This document shows positions 45,600 through 52,449 of a stretch of DNA of 52,449 bases, one piece after another. This stretch comes from Octopus bimaculoides. Taxonomy: Eukaryota. The stretch is from NCBI RefSeq assembly GCF_001194135.2, contig NC_069008.1:10027660-10080108 (forward strand), read 5' to 3'. The number at the start of each line of letters is the position of its first letter. Positions within the stretch are counted from its first letter, which is position 1. The notes beneath the pieces are model-generated. The model ran no database searches, was not told where the DNA came from, and was given only the letters and a program-made list of their open reading frames with translations. The translations under genes and the position numbers were made by a program.

Positions 45600-46763
45600 C
45601 TATAATATAAATTGAAGTTGGCCGACCGTTGTATTCTTTCTTGTCTTGAGGTTCACGGCCAAACAGCTGGGTGGATTCGCATGAAAAATGGCACACATGT
45701 GGAGACGGGTGCATAGATTGGAATGCGCTTTCTATTTTTTTCCTAGCCCCCATACTTACAGACAAAATCGATTAAAACAACCTGCGTGCGTGCATGTATG
45801 TGAGTGTGTGTCACTGAAGCCATTCATACACATATACATATTAATAAATGAATAAACTGAATGATAAATTTCAGTTATCTCTCTCTCTCTTTCTTTCTTT
45901 CTTTCTCTCTCTCTCTCTCTCTCTCATATACACATACACCATCAACATTACTCTCTCTGTCGTGCACACCCTATCAAACATATACACTCACACACACACA
46001 GACATACGTACGCACGCACATCAATTCTCCCCTCTCACCACAACTTCAAAAGAAGTTCAGTCATAAAACTCTCCATGTATCTTCATTCGATGCCCACTTC
46101 AAAAGATTGACTTCCCGTTTCACTTGTCCGGCCATTGATCGAGAGATAAAACACAAACCAACTCCTGCTAAATGCAAAAATACACACACAAACGGACATT
46201 TCATGTCTTTCAGTTTCTCTATGATTATACACGCGTTGAAAACAATAACGCTTACATACATTTTAATCTTCAACAAGTATGTATCAATTTCTATCATATA
46301 AATTGTTTTTCGAGTCAATGACACACAAATTCACTCACTCACTCTATCTCTCTTTCTTACCCTCTTTCTCTCTCTCTCACACACACACACACACATGTCC
46401 ATTTCATATATCTTTCAATTTCTGCTCTCTGCAAATAAAATTTTTATGGATAAAATTGCTTACAAAAATTGCAATTAATGTATAATTTCTTTCTATGTTC
46501 ATAATTAAATAAATCTTTTAATGATTAGACAGACGTCCAATAGAATAGCTCTCACAAACAGACTACGTACAAATTCTCTCTTCACAACTCCTGAAGCCAT
46601 TTTCTGACAGGAGTGGGTGAAATCTTCATACAGCTGGAGGCTCCAATTGAAACAGGACACGAAATGATAAGGTTGAGAAACGCTGTTATAGATTATGCCT
46701 AATCGAAAACAATCACAGTCACATCATCGAAACAGACCGGGTGAAACCGGGTTTAGCTGCTAG
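45599..46763 (+). mobile_element. Putative non-autonomous Helitron
   Basis: 5' end ctataatataaattgaagttg; 3' imperfect GC hairpin accgggtgaaaccgggt (46736-46752) then CTAG|T (46760-46764); internal microsatellites and retained CpGs. Confidence 0.5.
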
Positions 46764-47191
46764 TATACATATACATACATAGCTTAAGGTATGATTTGAA
46801 AATTTGAGAACCTCCTTAACTAATGTGTTTTTGTTTATTTTTTTATGGTAGTATTTCATTTCAGCCAGACTGGGCTGCTATTTCTATTGAATTACTATTT
46901 CAAGGCAGTAATTTCTAAACCTCTGTGTTCCATATATGTGGCAACAACAATTAAATGCCTTTTCATTTCTTGTGTTGGCATTTTATCATCCAAGGGATAT
47001 CTGAAAGAAATAAAAACATTTTAATTAAATGATGATAATTATAATTAAATGTCCTCAAACACCCCTCACCCTCTGTATATTTTGTTGACATCATAAGAAT
47101 TTATAAACTGGAATAATAACATGGAATAATTACGTTTTTGGAACATTGATCTTTAAGCAGATAAGCTATAGATAATAGCATATAAATATTG

Positions 47192-47404
47192 GTTTCAAAT
47201 TTTGGCACAAGGCAAGCAATTTTGGGGAAGGGGCCAAGTCAGTTACATCAATCCCAGTGCTCAACTGGTACTTAAGTTATCAATCCCAAAAGAGTAGAAA
47301 ATAAAGTCGATCTCAGTTGAATTTTAACTCAGAATGTAAGGACAAACAAACTGCTGCTAAGAATTTTGCCCAGCATCTTAACAATTTTGCCAGCTCACTG
47401 TTGT
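47192..47404 (-). mobile_element. Full-length Deu/Nin-like SINE with a perfect 17-bp target-site duplication
   Basis: atagcatataaatattg occurs at 47175-47191 and 47405-47421. Confidence 0.9.
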
Positions 47405-47562
47405 ATAGCATATAAATATTGAGTTAAGAAACCCTTTAGAGAGAAGAAACTGAAGACTTTTTCAACCCAAGGATTTTTTAAATCCAGTATTTATAGTTTA
47501 TCTGCTCCAAGGTCTACTGGTCTAATACAAAAGATGTATTTACGTGAGTGTGTGTGTGTGTA

Positions 47563-48504
47563 CAGGGTGTTTAAACTAGATTTGAAAGTTTGCATAAAAA
47601 GAAAAGAAAACACAATAGCTCATCCAAAAATAAAAGTATTTAAAAAAATTAAAAAATATCAACTAGATTATGGCTGGGAGATAACAGTTTGTTCAAAGTA
47701 GACACCCATAGCTTGCACCATGGCCTCAAGATGGCTCTGGAACCTGGTGCATCCATTCTTTACTATGTCTCTGGGAATATCTTAAACACCTCCTTGATCT
47801 TGGCCACCAGTGCAGCTATGGTGTTGCAGTAGATGTCTTTCTCAATTGCACACCACATGTAGTGATTCATGGGATTACAACTAGGGGGATTAGGAGTCCA
47901 GAGACTGGGACTGGCACTAGTGAAGTCATAAAAATTCTCCAACAACAATTTCTGACTTTTTCCAAAAGTATGGCAAGGAGCTGAATCTTGTTGTTACACA
48001 TATGACCTTCCAGCTGAATCCTGTTGTCACATGTATGACTCTTCAGCTAGAGTTTGACCACAATCTCCAGTAGCTTTGACATAGTTGTTTGAATTGAGCA
48101 TAAGGTTCTACTCAATGATGTGGGGATGAATTTTAGCATGTAGGCACAGTCAGAACACCTGCTGTATCCCTTCCTGTTGGCCACAGCATCATAGTCTCCA
48201 TTGCAGAGATGTCCATGTTACATCTTACTGCCTTTACAGAGGATTGAGCAGCCGTCATGATGTCGGATTTTTGATACCCAGCTCAAATCATCATAGTACA
48301 TTTGCTATTTTCCAGTATCCAGATAGCTTCTAGTCCTCCATCTCAGCTAACTTTTTCTCAACTACAGTCACCGGTGTAGGAGAGTAGAGAGATTAAAGAT
48401 TTTAATCTTTCTGCTCTCCAACACTGGTGATTGTTCATCAATACATCAAGCTGTTCCTGAGAAAAGGAGACATAAAAACTTCTCAAATTTAGTCACAACA
48501 CCTG
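47563..48504 (-). mobile_element. maT (DD37D-type) Tc1/mariner-superfamily relic
   Basis: QQDSAPCHT..ENFYDF..PSCNPMNHYMWC motif; degenerate TIRs cagggtgtttaaactagatttga and caggtgttgtgactaaatttga. Confidence 0.75.
48364..48434 (+). other. 34-bp stem / 3-nt loop hairpin inside the maT element
   Basis: acagtcaccggtgtaggagagtagagagattaaa-gat-tttaatctttctgctctccaacactggtgattgt, with 1 mismatch and 4 G-U pairs on the + strand. Confidence 0.85.
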
Positions 48505-48982
48505 GACACTGTGTGTGTGTGTGTGTGAATTTGCATAAGTCAATATTTGTGTGAGTAAGCATGTATAGAATGTACACATACATATGCACTTCTGCATGTG
48601 TGTATATATGTGTGTGTGTACATGTGTATGTATATATAGACACCTATGAGTATGTATGCATGTAATGTTTATATATGTATATGTGTACATGTATGCTTGT
48701 TCCCATGTATGTAGATATTTACATAATTATGTGTGTGTGTGTGTATGTGTAATATATCTATGAATGTGTGCATGAAAATATCTGTGAATGTGAATGTGTA
48801 AGATATGTGTAAGTGGATGTGTGTATGGGGAATGAATGGAGTGGCATGAATCCAGTCAGCTCTGAAGACCAGTGGCCACTGAAGTAGCCATAGAAAAGGA
48901 AAGGGGAAGAGACAGCATGACTGTAGGTTAGAAGCTGGAACATGTTACTGAATGACTTTATGTACACATGTGTTTACATATA

Positions 48983-50241
48983 CAGGGGTTGGACAAAATA
49001 ATGGAAACACCTTAAACTTTCAAACAAATTAATTTTAATAGGGGTAGGACTGCCTTTGGCAGTAATTACAGCTTGAATTCCATAAAGTATGGGCTCGTAC
49101 AAAATTTGAATTGTTTCCAAAGGAATTTCTGTTCATTCTTCAGCTAAAACAGTCTCCAGTTCTTGTAGTGATTATGGTGGAGGATACTGGTTCCTTACTT
49201 GTTTTTCTAAAATGTTCAATAATATTGAGACCTGGGGACAGTGGTGACCAGATAAGATGTTCGACTTCACTAGAATGTTCCTCGTGCCATTCAGTAACAA
49301 CTTTAGCTGTGTGAATTGGTGCATTATCATCCTGAAAGATCACGCTTTCCTCCAGAAACAATTGCACAACCATAGGATGAATTTGATCAGATAAAATGCT
49401 TGAATAGTCTTGACTATTAACTCTGCCATGAAAGGAAACCATTGGGCCAGCAGATTTCCAAGATATAGTCCCCCAGATCATCACAGATCCTCCTCCATAT
49501 TTAACAGTTGGAAGAAGGCAGTCTGGGTCAAATGCCTCTTTTGGCTGTCTCCATACGTATACTCGGCCAGTGGTCAGAAATGAGGTAATGGATGAGTCAT
49601 CTGAGGAAATAACATTCTTCTACTGCTCTGGGGACCAATTCTGTAGGTTTTTACTCCACTATAAATGCTTTGCAACATTTGTTTTTGAAAGTGGTTTTTA
49701 TCATTGCAGCCCTCCCATGAAATCCAGCTTTGTGCAGCTCCCAGCAAACAGTTTTTGTTGAAACTGGGTTCCCGAGGTGGTCATTAAGCTCTACAGTAAT
49801 TTTTGGAGCTGTACTTTTGTGATCCTTTCTAACAATTCGCATAAGAGTCCGATGGTCCCAATCTGAAAGTTTTGCTTTTCTTCTGGAGTTTTGTTTCAAT
49901 GAGGAGGTTTTACCCTTTTTCTCAAAGGCTGTCATTACTTTCAGGACAGTACTTGTTAATATACTAAATATTTCGGCTATTTTCATTACGCTAGCACCTG
50001 CCATATGAGCACCAACAATTTGGCCCCTTTGAAAGTCCAATAGATCTGTCATTTTAATGAATTTTAATTACCTTTTTCTGATGATATCTGAAAAGAAACA
50101 GCAATTTTAGCAAAACATATTAAGCAACACTAATAATAAATCAAAAAACATAAAAATAAACAAGCTTTTGACGGTTTTATAGATATTTCAAAATTATGAT
50201 GTTATGATGCTAGGTGTTTCCATTATTTTGTCCAACCCCTG
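48983..50241 (-). mobile_element. Full-length Tc1-like transposon (1259 bp, perfect 30-bp TIRs) with DD36E spacing; pseudogenised
   Basis: TIR caggggttggacaaaataatggaaacacct at both ends; paired-like N-terminus MTDLLDFQRGQIVGA; SDDS; FQDDNAP..SPGLNIIE with 36 residues between D and E; frameshifts and stops. Confidence 0.95.
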
Positions 50242-50364
50242 CATATGCTGGGTTTTTTTCACATACAGTGATGCATGTTCATACACATGAAAATGATTGT
50301 GTCTGTGCATGTGGTTGTCTGTGTCTGTGTCTGTGCCTGCATGCATTTTTGTATACATTGTTTT

Positions 50365-50775
50365 ACAGGTGTGGTTGTTTAGTAAGGAGCTTGCTTCCTA
50401 ACTACATGGTTTTGGATTCAGTCCTACTATGTTGCACCTTGGGCAAGTGTCTTCTACTATAGCCTCAGTTCAACCAATGCCTTGTGGGTGGATTTGACAT
50501 ACAGAAACTAAAAGAAGCCTAGTGTGTGTGTGTATGTATCTATGTGTATGTGTGTGTTTTTGTGTCTGTGTTTGTTCCCCCATCACCACTTGACAATTGG
50601 TGTTGGTTTGTTTACATGACGGTAACTTAACGGTTCAGCAAAGAGACCAATAGAATAAGTAGCAGGCTTTAAAAAATAAAATAAGTACAGGGGTTGATTC
50701 ATTCGACTAAAAATATTCTTGAAGGTGGTATCCCAGCACAGCCACAATCTAATAACTGAAACAGATAAAAGATAT
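50365..50775 (+). mobile_element. Main tRNA-derived SINE, decayed full-length copy
   Basis: Head, ccttgggcaagtgtcttctactatagcc, TG tract and 3' domain to gataaaagat. Confidence 0.85.
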
Positions 50776-50779
50776 GTAT

Positions 50780-51660
50780 CAGCCATGTGTGAGTGTGTGT
50801 GTGTCCATTTGCATATGAGCAGTATGTGTGTATGCATGCATACATGATAATGTACAGTGTGTTGTGTAAGTGTATGCATGACAATACTCTGTGTGTGTGT
50901 GTGCATAATAATGTTGTGTATATGTATGTTATAATACTCGGTGTGTGTGTGTATTTTTTTTAGATATAACAGTTGTATGTGTGTCTGTGTGTACATGGTT
51001 GCATTACTATATATCAGAAAACTGTGTTTCTTTGTATGTGTATGCATTCATATATGATGATGTGTGCATGATAGTATAAATCAGTGAAAGGCAAAATTTA
51101 TGCATGTGTATATATATATTTGCGCATATGTGTACATGTGTGCATGCTTGCTTTACATGCATACATACGTATGCATGTATGTGTGCATGTGTACTTGTGT
51201 GACTATTTATTCGTATATGTTTGCATGTATTTATGTATGTATGTCGATCTGTCCATATATCCATATGTATGTATGCATGTGTTTGCATATGTATATTCAT
51301 CTATATATATGTGTGAATTTGTGTATGTGTGTACATATGTATATCTATGAAAGCATGTATGCATCAATGATTATGTATGTAAATGTTTGTGTGTGTGCAT
51401 GTGTGCCTATGTACTATGTATGTGTATATGTTTGCATGCATTTATGTATGTGTGTAGATATGGTTATATATCCATATGTATGCATGTGTTTATGTATGCA
51501 TATCAATCTTTGTATATATATACATATGTGTGTGTGTGTAAATTTGTTTTTGTGTACATATGTATATCTTTAAATGTATGTATGCATGAATGATTATGTA
51601 TGTAAACGCGTGTGTGTGTGTACGTGTCTGTGTGTGTGTACGTGTGTGTGTGTGTGAATA
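50780..51660. repeat. Long degenerate (TATG/TG)n low-complexity tract with a ~210-bp internal duplication
   Basis: tttgcatg.atttatgtatg..atatatccatatgtatg..tgtacatatgtatatct..atgattatgtatgtaaa occurs at about 51220 and 51430. Confidence 0.7.
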
Positions 51661-51974
51661 ATTATTACTTCAATGTGTGATACATTAATGGTATTGCTGA
51701 CATGTTATGACACATACCTGGGTGAGTCACCTGACTTCACTCCATCAATGGGAGAGGGAAGGGTGGAGAGGAATGCTTTGATGTGGTGAAGACAGGAAGA
51801 GAAGCAGGAGGAGGAAGAGGCAGAGAAGGGTGTGTAGAGAAAGAGGATCACCATTGCACTATTACCACCACAACAACCATCACCACCAATGCACCAACAC
51901 CACCACTAATGCACCAAAACCACTGCACCACCAAAAGTTGATATATGTAGTAATGTGTGTGTGCATATATATAT

Positions 51975-52350
51975 TCTTTTATTTGTTTCAGTCATTTGAC
52001 TGTGGTCATGCTGGAGCACCACCTTTAGTCGAATAAATTGACCCCGGGATTTATTCTTTGTAAGCCTAATACTTGTTCTATCGGTCTCTTTTACCGAACC
52101 ACTAAGTCACAGGAATGTAAACACCCCAACATCAGTTGTTAAGTGATGGTGAGGGGACAAACACAGACACACAGCATACACATGTATCTCTCTCTCTCTC
52201 TCTCTCTAGGCTTCTTTCAGTTTCCATCAACCAAATCCATTCACAAGGCTTTGGCCGGCCTGAGTCTACAGTAGAAGACACTTGTCCAAGGTGCCACACA
52301 GTGAAATGTGGTTGGTAAGCAAGCAACTTACCACACAGTCACTCCTGCAT
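51975..52350 (-). mobile_element. Main tRNA-derived SINE, full-length copy whose internal tract is (CT)n
   Basis: Colinear with 23790-24196. Confidence 0.9.
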
Positions 52351-52411
52351 ATATATATGTGTGTGTGTGTGTGTGTATACATATGTGTATATATATGTGC
52401 ATATATACATG

Positions 52412-52449
<38 letters not shown>

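Overview
This is eukaryotic, AT-rich, microsatellite-dense genomic DNA with about 10 assembly gaps. The repeat families (tRNA-derived SINEs with an internal TA/CA tract, RTE LINEs with (GAT)n tails, Deu/Nin-like SINEs) point to an octopus genome; this is recognition from memory, not a database result. I found one host coding exon, at 27302-27415 (+): 114 bp, phase 0/0, with clean AG/GT sites, encoding LHLAALTSLKEEIIDVSNRLQHVTGEKNMLEKQINKAQ, which matches the first coiled coil of MCC (colorectal mutant cancer protein). The rest of the window is probably intron, filled with decayed transposons: RTE, CR1-like and R4/Dong-like LINEs, Penelope-like elements (PLEs), mariner/maT/Tc1, Helitrons, a hAT-like MITE and many SINEs. 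Almost all ORFs in the supplied track are TE fragments, microsatellite read-throughs or N-gap artefacts. The most notable signals are: (1) six clear and one weak minimal hammerhead-ribozyme-like motifs from at least three element families, including a tRNA-headed (Pol III-type) short element carrying a hammerhead, present as a 195-bp inverted pair, and a near-canonical GUC-cleaving motif at 22058-22100 on the host sense strand; (2) a Tc1 element with DD36E spacing and perfect 30-bp TIRs; (3) an RTE insertion with a twin-priming-like 5' inversion; (4) several long or perfect hairpins near the exon. No ribozyme activity, expression or novelty is demonstrated here; these are sequence-based candidates.
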